A stretch of DNA of 64,000 nt from Octopus bimaculoides. Taxonomy: Eukaryota. Where the stretch lies: contig NC_068989.1 in assembly GCF_001194135.2 (NCBI RefSeq), positions 75,216,064 to 75,280,063 of the forward strand. Reading direction: 5' to 3'. The position numbers and the translations under genes were made by a program. This document shows positions 27,201 to 42,100 of this stretch, piece after piece. The number at the start of each line of letters is the position of its first letter. Position 1 is the stretch's first letter. Under the pieces are notes generated by a model. That model worked only from the letters and a program-made list of their open reading frames with translations. It ran no database searches and was not told where the DNA came from.

Positions 27201-30200
27201 TCCTGGCACTTTGCATCAGAGCACTGTATACAAAAAGCTCTATATTATCATTTTTAAAAGTGCTCTGTTATATTAGATTGCATTATTTCTCATATAATAG
27301 AAACCCTTAGAAGAGTTGCTTCCTTTTGTATAGTTATATATTTATGTATCTTTGTGATACATTTTTAGAAGTTTGTTTTGCATAATTAATATCAAGTGAA
27401 TGCAACTTTATTTATTATTAAAGCAATAACATACTGTCTGTCTGTTCACTTTGTATTGATTATAGTACAGTTTGTTTTGAACTGTGGAACAAACAAGGAA
27501 GTTTGTACTTTAAGTATGGAGACAGTAATCTTTCTAATTAGAAGTGTGCACTGTAAACTGGAGTAGGAGGGAAGATCTGAAATTGGCTGTAAGCCATGCC
27601 TTTGTAGAGGCAGCAAAATAAAAGACAGAAAATAAAGTTTGTTTTTTCTGATAAATATTTGCGATATAAGTGAAGCAATTATACCTTTCAAAATTAACTT
27701 GCCTGAGACTAGCTATAGTTCTGATGAAAAACCTCTCATTTTAAAGTACTCTTTTACTCTTTTACTTGTTTCAGTCATTTGACTGCGGCCATGCTGGAGC
27801 ACCACCTTCAGTTGAGCTAATCAACCCCAGGACTTATTCAGTCTCAGAACCTCTGCAAAAAGTGTTCATATTTCTGTTAGAAAATCCTATTGTCATAATT
27901 TTAGGCAAGGGCCATTTGTTGAAATTTTTTTCCAAACATCTTAATAACAACAGAATTATTTAATTAAATCTCTCAATATTCATGATGCTTTTAACAAATA
28001 ATTGGAAGATATAGGTAGTGTAGTTGTTTTGGTTTGATAAAAATATGATCACAACAGGGCTCCAACTTGGAATAATCTCCTTGGTTCATAAAAGAACCTT
28101 ACACCCTTTGACCCCCATCACTAATCTGGTAAATTCTAGTTGCTTGCTTTGACTATGGAAGTTTAATTAAACTGGCAACGATCCCGCTCGAAAGATTTCA
28201 TGTGTCGCCAGTCCAGGGGCACCGGCAACGATCTCGCTCGAAAAACCTCATGTGTCGCCCGCACAAGAGCCTGTCCAGGGGCACTGGCAACGATCTCGCT
28301 CGAAAAAACCTTGTGTCACCCGCACAAGAGCCAGCTCAGGGGCACCAGCAACGATCTTGCTCGAAAGATTTCATGTGTCGCCCGCACATGAGCCAGTCCA
28401 GGGGCACTGGCAACGATCCCGCTCAAAAGATTTCATGTGTCGCNNNNNNNNNNNNNNNNNNNNNNNNNNNNNNNNNNNNNNNNNNNNNNNNNNNNNNNNN
28501 NNNNNNNNNNNNNNNNNNNNNNNNNNNNNNNNNNNNNNNNNNNNNNNNNNNNNNNNNNNNNNNNNNNNNNNNNNNNGTCACCTGCACAAGAGCCAGCCCA
28601 GGGTCACCGGCAACGATCTCGCTCGAAAGATTTCATGTGTCGCCCGCACATGAGCCAGTCCAGGGGCACTGGCAACGATCCCGCTTGAAAGATTTCATGT
28701 GTCGACCGCACATGAGCCAGTCCAGGAGCACTGGCAACGATTTCGCTCGAAAATCCTATGACGGCCCTGCACAAGAGCCAGTTTAGGGGCACCGGCAACG
28801 ATCTCGTTTGAAACATTTCATGTCACCCGCACAAGAGCCAGTCCAGGGGCACTGGCAATGATCTCCCTCGAAAGATTTCATGTGTCGCCCGGACATGAGC
28901 CAGTCCAGCGGCACCGGCAATGATCTCGTTCAAATAACCTCATGTGTCACCCGCACAAGAGCCAGCCCAGGGGCCCTGGCAACGATCCTGATCGAAAGAT
29001 TTCATGTCTCGCTCNNNNNNNNNNNNNNNNNNNNNNNNNNNNNNNNNNNNNNNNNNNNNNNNNNNNNNNNNNNNNNNNNNNNNNNNNNNNNNNNNNNNNN
29101 NNNNNNNNNNNNNNNNNNNNNNNNNNNNNNNNNNNNNNNNNNNNNNNNNNNNNNNNNNNNNNNNNNNNNNNNNNNNNNNNNNNNNNNNNNNNNNNNNNNN
29201 NNNNNNNNNNNNNNNNNNNNNNNNNNNNNNNNNNNNNNNNNNNNNNNNNNNNNNNNNNNNNNNNNNNNNNNNNNNNNNNNNNNNNNNNNNNNNNNNNNNN
29301 NNNNNNNNNNNNNNNNNNNNNNNNNNNNNNNNNNNNNNNNNNNNNNNNNNNNNNNNNNNNNNNNNNNNNNNNNNNNNNNNNNNNNNNNNNNNNNNNNNNN
29401 NNNNNNNNNNNNNNNNNNNNNNNNNNNNNNNNNNNNNNNNNNNNNNNNNNNNNNNNNNNNNNNNNNNNNNNNNNNNNNNNNNNNNNNNNNNNNNNNNNNN
29501 NNNNNNNNNNNNNNNNNNNNNNNNNNNNNNNNNNNNNNNNNNNNNNNNNNNNNNNNNNNNNNNNNNNNNNNNNNNNNNNNNNNNNNNNNNNNNNNNNNNN
29601 NNNNNNNNNNNNNNNNNNNNNNNNNNNNNNNNNNNNNNNNNNNNNNNNNNNNNNNNNNNNNNNNNNNNNNNNNNNNNNNNNNNNNNNNNNNNNNNNNNNN
29701 NNNNNNNNNNNNNNNNNNNNNNNNNNNNNNNNNNNNNNNNNNNNNNNNNNNNNNNNNNNNNNNNNNNNNNNNNNNNNNNNNNNNNNNNNNNNNNNNNNNN
29801 NNNNNNATCTCGTTCAAATAACCTCATGTGTCACCCGCACAAGAGCCAGCCCAGGGGCCCCGGCAACGATCCTGATCGAAAGATTTCATGTCTCGCTCGA
29901 AAATCCTACGACGGCCCCACACAAGAGCCAGTTCAGGGGCGCTGGCAACGAACTCACTCGAAAAATTTCATGTGTCACCCACACAAGAGCCAGTAAAGGG
30001 GTACTGGCAACGATCTCGCTCGAAAGATTTCATGTGTCGCCCGCACATGAGCCAGTCCAGGGGCATATATATATATATGATGTATGTCTGTGTGTATCTT
30101 TGTGTCTGTGCTTGTCCCCCACCACTGCTTGACAACTTATGTTATTGGCTTTACATTGCCTTAACTTTCTGGTTCAGAAAAAGAGATTATTAGAATAAGT

Positions 30201-33200
30201 ACCAGGCTTAAAAAAATAAGTCCTGGGTTTGATTTGCTTGACTTATAGCACTTCAAGGTGGTGCCCCAGCTGTCAAATGATCGAAACAAGTAAAAGATAA
30301 AAAATAAAGATATAAAGCTGCAGCATGAGATGCAGGCATAGTTGTATGGTTGAGAAGTTTGTTTGCCAGCCACATAGTTTCAGGTTCATGCCTTCCATCA
30401 TCAGTTAATATCTTATTTTCATGCTTGCTTATTTTGGACTGTTTGACAAGGCGGTGGCAAGCGAGAGAGCTGCTCCAGGCTCTGATTGTCTGTCTTGGCA
30501 TGGTTTCTACGATTGGGTGCCCTTTCTAATGCCAATCACTTTACAGTGTACTGGGTGCTTTTTGTGTGGCCTTAGTTTCAATTTTGAAATTAATGAAGAA
30601 TTTATTGCAATAACTTTGTCATTATTAAACTAATGTTAGAAACTTAAATCAACATGTTTATATCCTTGTAACTTTGTGGTTCATTAAGAGATGATGGAAT
30701 AAGTGCCAGGTTTTAAAAAATAAGTACAGGGGTCACTTTGTTCAACTAAAAGAAGAGGCATGGTCACAGTCTGATAAAAACAAGTAAAAGATAAGATGGA
30801 ATTTTAATTAAAGGTTTTAATTAGATCATTTTAGAATAAGATTTTTGTATCAGAATTAGGGGCTGACCATGAGTGCTATCTACATATTGAGGCTGAAAGT
30901 CAAATACATCAGATGTATGCTTGTTAGCTCATTTGCAGTTTATCCACACACACACACACACACACACTCTTGCTCAGTATTTTACTTATTTTATTTAATA
31001 CCATTATTGAACATAGAAAGTAACAACTGACTTTGTAAAAGCATGCTTTAAAAAAAAACTTTTTAAAATCTTTGTCTAATATCAAACTGTTTCTGTATTG
31101 AACATATTGAGCATTCTAGTTCCCTTATTTCTTGATGGTTTTCATGTTCAATAACTTTACATTGTGCTTTGCATTTCCTTGTGTGTAATGATTTCCTTGA
31201 CAACATGCATAGATGTCAGAGTATCTGCTGCTGAATCTTTGCCTTACCTCTTAGAGTGTGCTAGAATCAAGGGAGACCACTACGTAGCTGATATGTGGAA
31301 CTATATCTGTCCCAATTTATTGAAGGCCATTATGTACGAACCCGAGCGTGCTGTTGTTCCGGACCACCTGGCATCTTTAGGAAAGGTTGGTTTTTTTTTT
31401 TGCAGTATATCTTTTTTATTTTTTTAAATTTCTTTTTTCTGTCTTTTGGTGTACTACACATCCTTAATTAAAAATATAAATAACTCAGACTGCAGTTTGA
31501 TTCATGCTCTTGAATCGGAGTAACTGATTGATTTACTTCTGTATTTACTGTACCATTTTTGCATGTTTTTGTAAATAATAGTCCCAGTGAAAAGTGGAGA
31601 CTTTTAACCCTTTAGCATTCAGATTACACTATCAAATGTAATGCCTATTTATTCTCATTGTTTTAGAATAACACTGTAGGGGTGGACATAAAAGGCTAGT
31701 AGGTGTCTTTTAATAGTCTCAGACTGACCAATGCATTGAGTGAAATTGGTTGGCAGAAACTGTGTGGAAGCTCGCTGTATGTGTGTGTGTCTTTGTATGT
31801 GCTTGTCTTTATATTTGATACCACTTGAAGACAACAGCGTCTGTGTTTATGCCACATAACTTAGCAGTAGAAATCACTAGAATAAGTATCGGGGTCATTA
31901 TGGTTGCCTAAATCCCTTCAGAGCAGTGCTCCAGCATGGCAGCAGTCTAAAGACTGGGGCACATAATAAAGTAAGGCATGGCCATGTGAGTCAGAAATTT
32001 TAATTCAATCTCATTGCAAGGGCACCTTAGGCAGATGTCTCTTACAATAGTCTTGGTTAGACCAAGGTTTTGTGAGTGAAACTGGGTAGAGGGCAAAATA
32101 TGTGGAAGGCTACTGAAGGAAGGATTCCTGTTCCTCAGTGGTTGACTCGATCTCTTTATCTGGTTTTACACTACCCCCTCCCCCCACTCTTGAATGTCTT
32201 TAGTGGAGTTGGTTATGTTGCAACAGCATTCAAATCAGGTCCCCTCTTAAGCTATCTTCCTCTTCTGGTTAATGTATTACAGGAAAAATATAACATGTCA
32301 CACAGATTGTGGAGCTATACAGATATGTTTTCCTATTCCCTATCTTTATTATATACATCTCTCTCGCTCTCTCTCAGTATATTTTACTTTCTCTGTCTCT
32401 TTGTTACTCCCTCTTTCTCTTCCTCCATCCTTCTCTTCTCCTCTCTCTATTTCATTTCTATTTTATTATATTCTCTTTTTCTTCATTTCAGTGTATTGAA
32501 AGTCTCGGCAAAGGTTGCTTAGCACAAGATCATATGTGCGAACTGGTTGCTATTATCGATTCATTCATGAAAGAGCACTTCAGCCGGCAAGAAGAAAGAA
32601 TAGGTATAGGATACATACATACATGCATATTTATTTGTTTAGATATATGCTTACTTTGGCAGTTGCATTGATGGGTTTCTATTTTATCAACACTTTCATA
32701 GTATCTCTGCCATTTCATATTGCTGTTTATTGGATAGGTCAGTCTCCTGATAGCTTTCTCTTTGTTTTATGAAAGCTAGCGACTGATATTGTATCAGTTG
32801 CCTTGTTAAATTGTCATCATTGAGTTCCAGGTCAGCTTTGATCGTAGTTGAAGTACCATTTGATCACCATGATCAAATGGTATTTTAGCTATGACCATTT
32901 CTTCTTTGCTTTTTTTAAATTTTTATTTTAGACATATTGTTACTAGAACTGTGTGTGGTGCTGCCTTAAGATGCTAAGATGTGATTTATGAGAGATTTGG
33001 CTGCTATTTCTTGCATGTTCATTGACAACATAAAATTCAGAATTGAAAGAAACTGCAAAATAATCCTCTGTCAGCAACAATAAATAAACAGGCAAAGGAG
33101 TTCATGGACTTACATAGTCTCATTCATACAGGTACACAGATGCACACCTCTCTCTCTCTCTCTTTATAGGTATATATGTATACACACATACATACACACA

Positions 33201-33220
33201 TAAATACACACACACATCTA

Positions 33221-33261
<41 letters not shown>

Positions 33262-36200
33262 GCATATATAGTTGTCCTAGAAGAGTTGAAAGCTCTGGGA
33301 CTCTTCCCCCTCAACAGAGAGTAGAAGACAACAAAGGAATTATGTGCCTCGTTGGTGGCATAGGAAGTGGACAACAACTGGAAACGGGGGATTGTGTTCT
33401 AAAACTGAAATCTACTGCAGTTTTGGGGTAGTTAAGAGCTCAACATACAAAAAAAGAAAGACAAAATAAGCAGCTATCAAGATTTATCTATTTGACTTTG
33501 GTACTCCTTGAATTTTCAAATAAGTTTGCCGAGTACAAATGATGAGCAGACGAACCTTGAGGACTACCTGTTAGAAAGATGCAGATGGGTCATAGTGCTG
33601 GATACACACAGGCAGCTACAGGTGAAAATGCAACGATGTAAAGAGACAGCCGTATGGGCAAAGCCACAAATATGTACTGCTGCATTGAACAGAAAGGACA
33701 AAGGAGAGCTGGTGGGGTTCAGGATCAGGCAATGTTGTGATGGATATACCATAGTAGATCAGAAGTTTCTAGATTTAAAATTAATCAGTCATAAGGTTGT
33801 TACAGCTACTTACTACTAGATTGTTGGAGTGCACTGCAAACAGGGCGGTGCTTAGGGGTCTTCAGCAATAAGTTACGTGAAAGTGATGCTGAAATGTTAA
33901 TTAATTTACTTTACCGATATTTGTACAGCACAGTATCAAGATCTCGGCTTCTGAATTCAGTAGCACTGATTATCCCTTGAAGAATTTATCATCATCATTT
34001 AACATCCATCTTCCACGCTGGCATGGGTTGGATGGTTTGATAGGAATTGATAAGTCAGAAGACGGTGCCAAGCTCTGCTGTCTGTTTCAGCATTGTTTCT
34101 ACAGCTGGATGCCCTTCTTAACAAATAGTCTTGAGCAAGACACAAGCATTCTGATTTTAGAGGATCTTTTATTGGTTGATTCCAACCAATATGCTGTGAT
34201 GATTCTAGAACATTGTCATCTGTTGGTGAAAAATATATTATTAGATAAAACGATAGTCTATGATTATAAAATTTTTTCTGAACTTATTGGACATGATGAA
34301 AGTCTTGTGGAGTGGTGGTGATGCAAGTCAAGCCAAAGCACAGTTTATCTTGTAGTACTGAGATTATTATTGTTATTCCTCCTGTTATGCTAATATTTTT
34401 TATATGCTTTGTTTCCAGAAAGAAGAAAAGATGAAGATTTTGATGAAGTAGCAGAAGAGGAACTACAAGAGGAGGTCAGTCAAATATATTTGTCATTGTT
34501 TTAGGCATGGATTAAGTGTGATAACATGTTGGTGGCAGAGAGGATCTCACACTGAACACCAGCAATTTTTACTTTTACTTCTCTGAGATTTTCTCTTTTT
34601 TATTAAGGCATTTGCTGGTAGCATGATGTTTGAATGTTAGGCCTTGTGGAGGTGATGACAAATGACTGAGACCTTTGGTGATATGCTGTACTTGAGAAGA
34701 CTTATAAAAAATACAATCTGGTTATGATTGGAACAGCTTTTTCATAGGCCTGTTTAATCTGACTTGATCTGGGACTTAAACATCTATTACATTAAGATTG
34801 ACCTTAGAGGAATTAGTGTGTGAAGTTTGGGCTCAGCTAAAGTGCTGCTGTGTCCCCTTTTTCCATGGTACATAGCACTGACCATTGCTGCTGTCCTCTT
34901 CTATCATGTCTGGTAATGATATTCCACACAAAACCTTGATTGTCCAGTCTAATATTCCATAACACACATACACACACACACACACATTTCAATATGTATT
35001 GTTGCAGCCAAAGGCCATGTATTGATTAACGAACCTGTCTGCATACATTTCAGTTTTCTCAAATATATATTTAAAGTATCTTTGAAATAAAACATGTTGA
35101 GTAGTTTTCTCATTTATATAAATTCTGATTGTGATTCCTTCTTTCTGATTTCTGTAGGACCTTGAAGATGTTTACATTTTGAGCAAAATTTCCGATATCA
35201 TTCACGCAATGTTTGGTACCCATAAAAAAGATTTTATTCCAATATTTGATACAATGTCACAGCATTTTGCTAAGCTGCTAGTAAGTACTGTTTTGTAATT
35301 TCTTGTGTTATCTGAAACTCTTCTGTGCCTCTTGTATGCTTATAATTTTTGTAGTTGTATTCAATGTGTGTGAGGGTGTTTAATTAAATGTAATCTCTTT
35401 GGTTGATTAAGCCCTTTGAATTACAGGTACAATCCATCTGACAGGTTTCTAGTTTCCATCTACCCATTTTCTCTCAGAAGGTTGAGTCAACTTGAGGCTA
35501 TATGGGTAAATAGCAATATTTCAAGATGCCACACAGCAGAATTGAACATAAGACCTCATGATTCTTGACCATTCAGTCACACCAGAATCCTTGACATCAG
35601 TGATAGCTTGATGTTGTCTCCATGACGTAGGTACTGATTGAGGTCTGTTTAGCTATCCGGGTAGGGGACTGTGTACAAACATGGCTTTAAACATTAAGAA
35701 TAAGAGCAGGATGAAAATGGCCACAAACTAGCAATATCCTAATTTTAAAGTATGGTTCAAGGCAGTGAACCAGAAAAATTGTGGCATATCATCCATCTTT
35801 ACATTCTAAGTTCACATTCCGCCGAGGTCGACTTGGCCTTTCATCCTCTCGGTATCGATAAAATGAGTACCAGTAAAGCATTGGGATAGATGTAATCGGC
35901 TTAGCCTCCACCTCCGAAATTGCTGGCGTTGTTTCAAAATTTGAGATCAATATTAGACTTGCTGGTATTGTTAGATATATGGGATATACAAAATAACATT
36001 GCGCAGGAGTGGCTGCGAGTTCAGTCCCATTGCACGGCACGCTGGGCAAGTGTCTTCTACTATAGCCTCGGGCCAACCAAAACCCTGTGAGTGGATTTGG
36101 TAGGCAGAAACTGAAAGAAGCCCATCATATATATATATATGTATTTGTGTGTTTGTGTTTGTCCCCCCCCCCACCATCGCTTGACAACCGATGTTGGTGT

Positions 36201-39121
36201 GTTTACATACTCGTAACTTAGCAGTTCAGCAAAAGAGAACTGATAGAATAAGTCCTGGGGTTGATTTGTTCGACTAAAGCCAGTGCTCCAGCATGGCCAC
36301 AGTCAAACGGCTGAAACAAGTACAAGGGTTGCATAATTAGTTTAGTTTTTTATCTAGCAGTCTGTACAACAGCATTCCTCTCTGATATGAATACAAAGTG
36401 ACTGTGAGCTGGTAGCAACAATTGAAACCACAATTTAAGGGCTAGAATTCCATTGGTCCAAAATTACTATTATAGATCCAAGTATTGACTTCAGTTATTG
36501 GACTTGCATACATGATGAGGCAGCACCTTAAATTGAATATACTGACCATATTTCAGTCTTTGTACATATTTCATAGAATGGCTAAGTTTCANNNNNNNNN
36601 NNNNNNNNNNNNNNNNNCATCCTATCACTCTTTTACTCTATGATAAAGGGACATAATTTGATGTTCCAGTTTGCACTCCTATGCCCAGGCAATAACACAT
36701 GCGCACGCGCACGACAGGCTTACACATAATTTTTGCTTACCAAATTCCATTCACAAGGTATTGATTAGCCCATGTTTACACTAGAAGACATTTATCCAAA
36801 GTGCTACATTGAAGGATTAAACTGGGAAACATGATGAAGTAAATATATTAACCCCATGGCTATGCGTACACCTATCTGTTTCTCCCTCTGTCTCTCTCTC
36901 TCATTCAGAGACAATTGGAGATTCTTGATGTTTTCAGTAATAAATATTAAATATAAGTTTCGTGGATTTTATCATTTCATCTGTTAATTCTATTATCACC
37001 ACCACAGAATCCAGACCGACCCTGGGCTGACCGACAATGGGGGTTGTGTGTTTGGGATGATGTTGTTGAACATACAGATGTTGTAAGTACAAGCTCTTTT
37101 ACTTTGTCTGTTTCATAAGGTCATTTATTTATATTGGACTACGCGTTTGTTGTATGTGTGTAATTAGATGTGAACCTTAAAACTGCACACCCTTATTTTA
37201 ATTCATTTATTGATTGCAGTCTTTTAAATTCAAGTGTATACATCAATTGGAATTAACCCAGCACATATTTTATTGGCTGTTACTAATTTGGTTGATCTCA
37301 GAAGTACAGAAACCAAAATAGATTTGAGGAGATAATTAAAAAAAAAAAAATTTGATCAGTGAGAGTGGGGCATCTTTCTGGAAATATGCTTGAATTATTG
37401 AGCAATAAATGTGATGCTTGCCATTATGTCTAGTCAAAAGTCAGTAAATGTTAGCACATTTTAGACTGCATATAACCCAATTATTAAGATATAGTCCAGT
37501 TATTAACATGCATATAGAGCAGGTGATTAAGGTCTTATTATCCCACAGTAGGGTTTAAATGTTTTGATAAGGTATGGCACAAAATGGCTTCAAATGCAAA
37601 GCCTGTGGAATATCATATGAAGAAGGGATATGAGAGAAAACTGTTTTGTATAGTGCACTATCCTACAATGAAGTTTACTACAGTTGCTGAGTCTCCCCAA
37701 AACAGGTGGATAGCTACAAACACTAAAACTCAAAGCATTATTATATACCAAGAAAATTTTGAGAAACAGAAGAAAATAAACACTTGTTATCATTGCTTTA
37801 AAAGAAAATTATTATTTTAAGTTGGTGTGGTGAGTTAGAAAAATTGTTAGCACACTGGACAAAATGCCTAGCAGCATTTTGTCTTTACATTGAAATACTG
37901 CTGAAGTCAAGTGTGCCTTTTATCCTTTCAGAGCCAATAAGTACCAGTTTTTTTGAGTACTGGAATCGATGTAATTGACTGTCCCTCTCTTTTCCATCAT
38001 ATTTCAGGCCTTGTGCCTATAGTAGAAAGGATTGTTATTATTACTAAGGCAGCAGAATTGTTAACATGCTGCACAAAATACTTTGTGGTATTTCTTCTGG
38101 CTCATAATATTCCGAGTTCAGAGTCGAGTGCTGGGATTGACTGTAGTCGACTACCCTTCCCCCTAAATTTCAGGCCTTATGCCTATAGAAGAGATTGTTT
38201 AATACTGCTTCTACTACTATTGTTTTTTTTTTTTTATACATTAAAAGGAGAAATGTAAATATCAAACTATTTTATAATTCAGTCTTGTTCTTTCGTTACT
38301 TTTTATCTTATTAGGCAGCAATTAAGTACAGAGACTTTTTTGTGCCCCAAATGGTTCAGTCAATCTGTGATAAACGTCCTGAAGTTCGCCAGGCTGCATC
38401 TTACGGCATTGGTGTCATGGCAATGTTTGCAGAACCTGTTTTTCATCAAGTCTGCGTCGGTGAGTTTATTTAATCCATCCTCTTACATATTCCGTCTTCT
38501 GGTTCCACCTGTTTTGTTTGTTTATCCTCTAACTATGTTTAAAGAGAGCATGGACAAAAAAAAAAAAAAAATCAAATGGTATAGCTATATGGTGAAGAAA
38601 TTTGTTTCTTAATTTCTTGGTTTTATTGCATTGTTTGGCCCTTTCAGCAAGCATCTTGTATCCTGATCCTAGGCCAACCACTATCATGTGGATGAAATTT
38701 AGCTGACAGAAACTAAGCAGAAGTCCACCATGCCATATATATAGTTGAATGTATATGTGTATGTATGTACACACATATAGTTAAACTTCAAAGTCGTGAT
38801 CAGTCTCTGTTTCTTGTAAAAGTTTGGTAAATGTGTACTCTACTAAAAAGTATTGAGTAATCCTTCAGGTTAATCTTAAATTGTTTTTATATATACTCAA
38901 CATGGAACAAACATTAATGTTACATCACATATTTACTATATTAATGAGAGTGTATGTTTGTATATCACTGAAAGGCTCTGAAACTGCATCCTTGAGAAAA
39001 ATAGATTTGATTTTCAAAATCTACATCCCAAGGAGAAGGTTTTCAGTAAATAGTGATTAAAAAATATATTTTGATTATAAGAAATAACTCAACTTTCAGA
39101 TCACCAAATTTACCTCTCTAT

Positions 39122-39172
<51 letters not shown>

Positions 39173-42100
39173 CCCTCTTCTCTCTGTCTCTCACAGAAAA
39201 TTCTAGCTTGGAAGTTTTGTTTTTTGATTGGGTAAAAATTATCAAAATTTAAATATGTCACATTTTTCTAAAATTTTGCTGGATTAAATGAATCACAAAA
39301 TTAGATTCAGTGTGAAAAATTTCAAAATTTGTGATCAAAACAAGAAAATAATATCTCCTCTTTCTATCTGTCTGTCTCTTTGGTCTCTTTGCTAAATAGA
39401 ATAAGCATTTTAAGGCTGTTTAATTTGTGCTAGAGCAAGGATTAACAGGGGGTGGGGTGACATATGTATAGAGGGAGCTGCAGCTGTGAGGAATGTTGAG
39501 TTGAATCTTGGAAACGGTATGAAGGTGGGAGACATGAAAATATTTTGTTGCTTTGTGGGGCATGTTGGATGGAGGGAGAAGATTGAACTTAGCGACAATG
39601 GCTGGAATGAGAGACGTATTTAAGAAGAATATTAATACCATCAGTGGAACTGAACCCAAAAGAGTGGTTACAAAGCAAGCTTCTTAACCAGACAACCATA
39701 CCTGAAATATGTTTTTGGCCCTGAAGAAGAAGGCCAGTTTTAAGGGATCACAATTTTTGTTGTTAAGGAAAATACAATGTCATCACTGAGTGTGAGTCTT
39801 CGTATTTTATTGTTCATCGAGTTTTCGCATTTCCTTTCTCTCAGAATCTTTACCAATGTTAGTGAAAGTAATCCAACTACAAGATTCTCGAGAACCAGAA
39901 AACCTTAGTGCCACAGAGAACATCATTTCAGCTGTTACCAAAATCTGCAAATATTGTCCAAACCACGTCAACGTAGATGATATTCTGCCTCATTGGCTCA
40001 GCTGGTTGCCAATTTGGGAAGACGAAGACGAAGCAGAGCATGTCTACAACTACCTTTGTGATCTAATTCAAATGTAAGTATACATTCTTGTATTCAATTT
40101 GCAAACATAAAACAAAGTAGCCTTTACATGTTGTTTGACCTGACAGAATCACCATCATCATCATCTTAATTGTCATTTAATGTCGTTTTCCATTCTGAGT
40201 TGAATAGTGTAGTACCAGCTTGGGTGCTTTTTCTGTGATGCCAGCACAGATGCTTTTTACATAGAGCCAGCATGAGTGCCTCTTACATGGTACAAACACA
40301 GGTGCATTCTATGTTGTGTTAGCACAGGTGTTTTTTTACACGGCACCAGCCAAATCTCAAATCATAATTCTATTGCCATCATCATTTAACATCCACTTTT
40401 CCATGCTTGCCTGGGTCAGACAGAATCTGTAGAGGCAGCATCTGTACAGCTGGATGCCCTTGTTGTCAACCCTCGCCTGTTTCCCATGGGCAGATATATT
40501 TTTCACAGAAAACTGAAAATAAATAACATTTGTATGACACAGTTTCCTTCTACCAAATCCACTCACAAGGCATTGGTTGGCCTGGGGCTATAATAGAATA
40601 CACTTGCCCCAGGTACTGTGTAATTTTTTTTCTTAATTTTTACCAGTCTTATTTTGGAATACATTTTTAGAATTCCTTTTGTGAATGCATCAATGGCAAA
40701 TGTAGTCACTTCATATCTTGAATCAATGTTTCCTACCTTTTACTTCTAATTTGTGAAAGCATGTGGCCTTAGGGTTAGAGTGTGGCACTCACGGTTTCAA
40801 AATCTTGAATTGGGTGGTGTGTCGCTTTCCTGAGCAAAACACTTCATCTCACGTTGCTCCAATCCACCCGGCAATAAATACTACAACAGACTGGCATCTT
40901 GTTCAGGGTGGGGATGTTGTGATTTCAGTCAGTTATGTGCCGTAGAAACCTGAGCACCTCAGCCGTGTGAATCCTTATCCTGGAGACTTACTACTTTTAC
41001 TTTTATTATTAATTTTTATTTCAGAAACAATGTGATAATTCTTGGAGAAAACAACAGCAACTTACCCAGAATTTTCGACATTATGGCAACAACTTTCCAC
41101 AAGGAAGTTTTGAAAGCAGATAATCCTGTTTATCAAAGAATGCTCAATATTCTGAGGCAAGCCCAGGTAAAAATTTGTCTTCTGTTTTATTTGCTATCTT
41201 CTGCTGTCAATATGACTCTTTTTCTGTCTGTCTGTCTCTCTCTCTCTCACTCTCAACTATGTCTAATTAGTTCACCATAGTGGGTAGGTTTAAACATTTT
41301 CATATACACATGTTGATACTTAGGAAAACCTCTAGATTTTGTTAGTGAGTACTACAAATGGTAGAGGTGAGCTTCCATCAAATTTACATTCCACTCTTGA
41401 TTTTTGGTTATAGTTATTCTCACTGACTTACATTTAATGCACACTTAGTGAAATCAACAAGACTCTCCTAGAACATAACCTGCCCTGTGTCTTAAGTTAC
41501 AATGCTTACATTCCTTGTCCTTGCATGAAAGCATTGAGAAAAATAATCATGACATTATGTTGACATTCCTTATTAAATATCTGTCTTGTAGCTTAGTGCT
41601 TTCAAAGACATGGAATGAATAATAATTCCTCACTGCGAAATCAGGTTTGGGTTAGAAAAAAGGAAGAGCATTAAATACATTCCTATTCTGTTGAGGGGAC
41701 TTTTCTCTTTTCCTTTCTTTACTTTCTCTTGCAAGTTACTCGGGGATCTCACTAATGCTGGGGTCACAGATAAAAAAAAAGCACCCAGTACACATTGTAA
41801 AATGGGTTGATGTTAGGAAGAGCAACAGGCTATAGAAACCATGTGGAATCTGATATTGGGGTTTGATGCAGTTCTATGGCTCATTGAATCTCACCAATCT
41901 GCCTGATCCATGCTGTATGGCAAGCAAACATTAGATGATGATGATGATGATGATGATGATCTAGCTATAAAGTAATACCGTGGAGGTGCAATGGCCCAGT
42001 GGTTAGGGCAGTGGACTCACGATCATAGGATCGCGGTTTCGATTCCCAGACCGAATGCGTGTTTATTGAGCAAAAACACCTAAAGCTCCACGAAGCTCCG

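Larger units (their letters stand above)
26235..31212 (+). other. U12-type (minor spliceosome) GT-AG intron of IPO5, phase 1
   Basis: 5' site GTATCCTT (26235-26242); branch site TTTCCTTGAC (31192-31201) with the branch A 12 nt before the exon; no long polypyrimidine tract between branch site and AG. Confidence 0.9.

Noticed and set aside
28171-30065. Regularly spaced repeats superficially like a CRISPR array
   Set aside because: Eukaryotic intron, contiguous tandem units with no unique spacers, no cas genes, and the unit matches a LINE UTR module.
28880-30132. Long ORFs (270-400 aa) in the ORF track here and at 44473-45272 and 52767-53823
   Set aside because: They consist almost entirely of X from N-gaps.
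33508-33819. 103-aa ORF in an IPO5 intron
   Set aside because: No recognisable domain, start or splice context; probably an old unassigned repeat.
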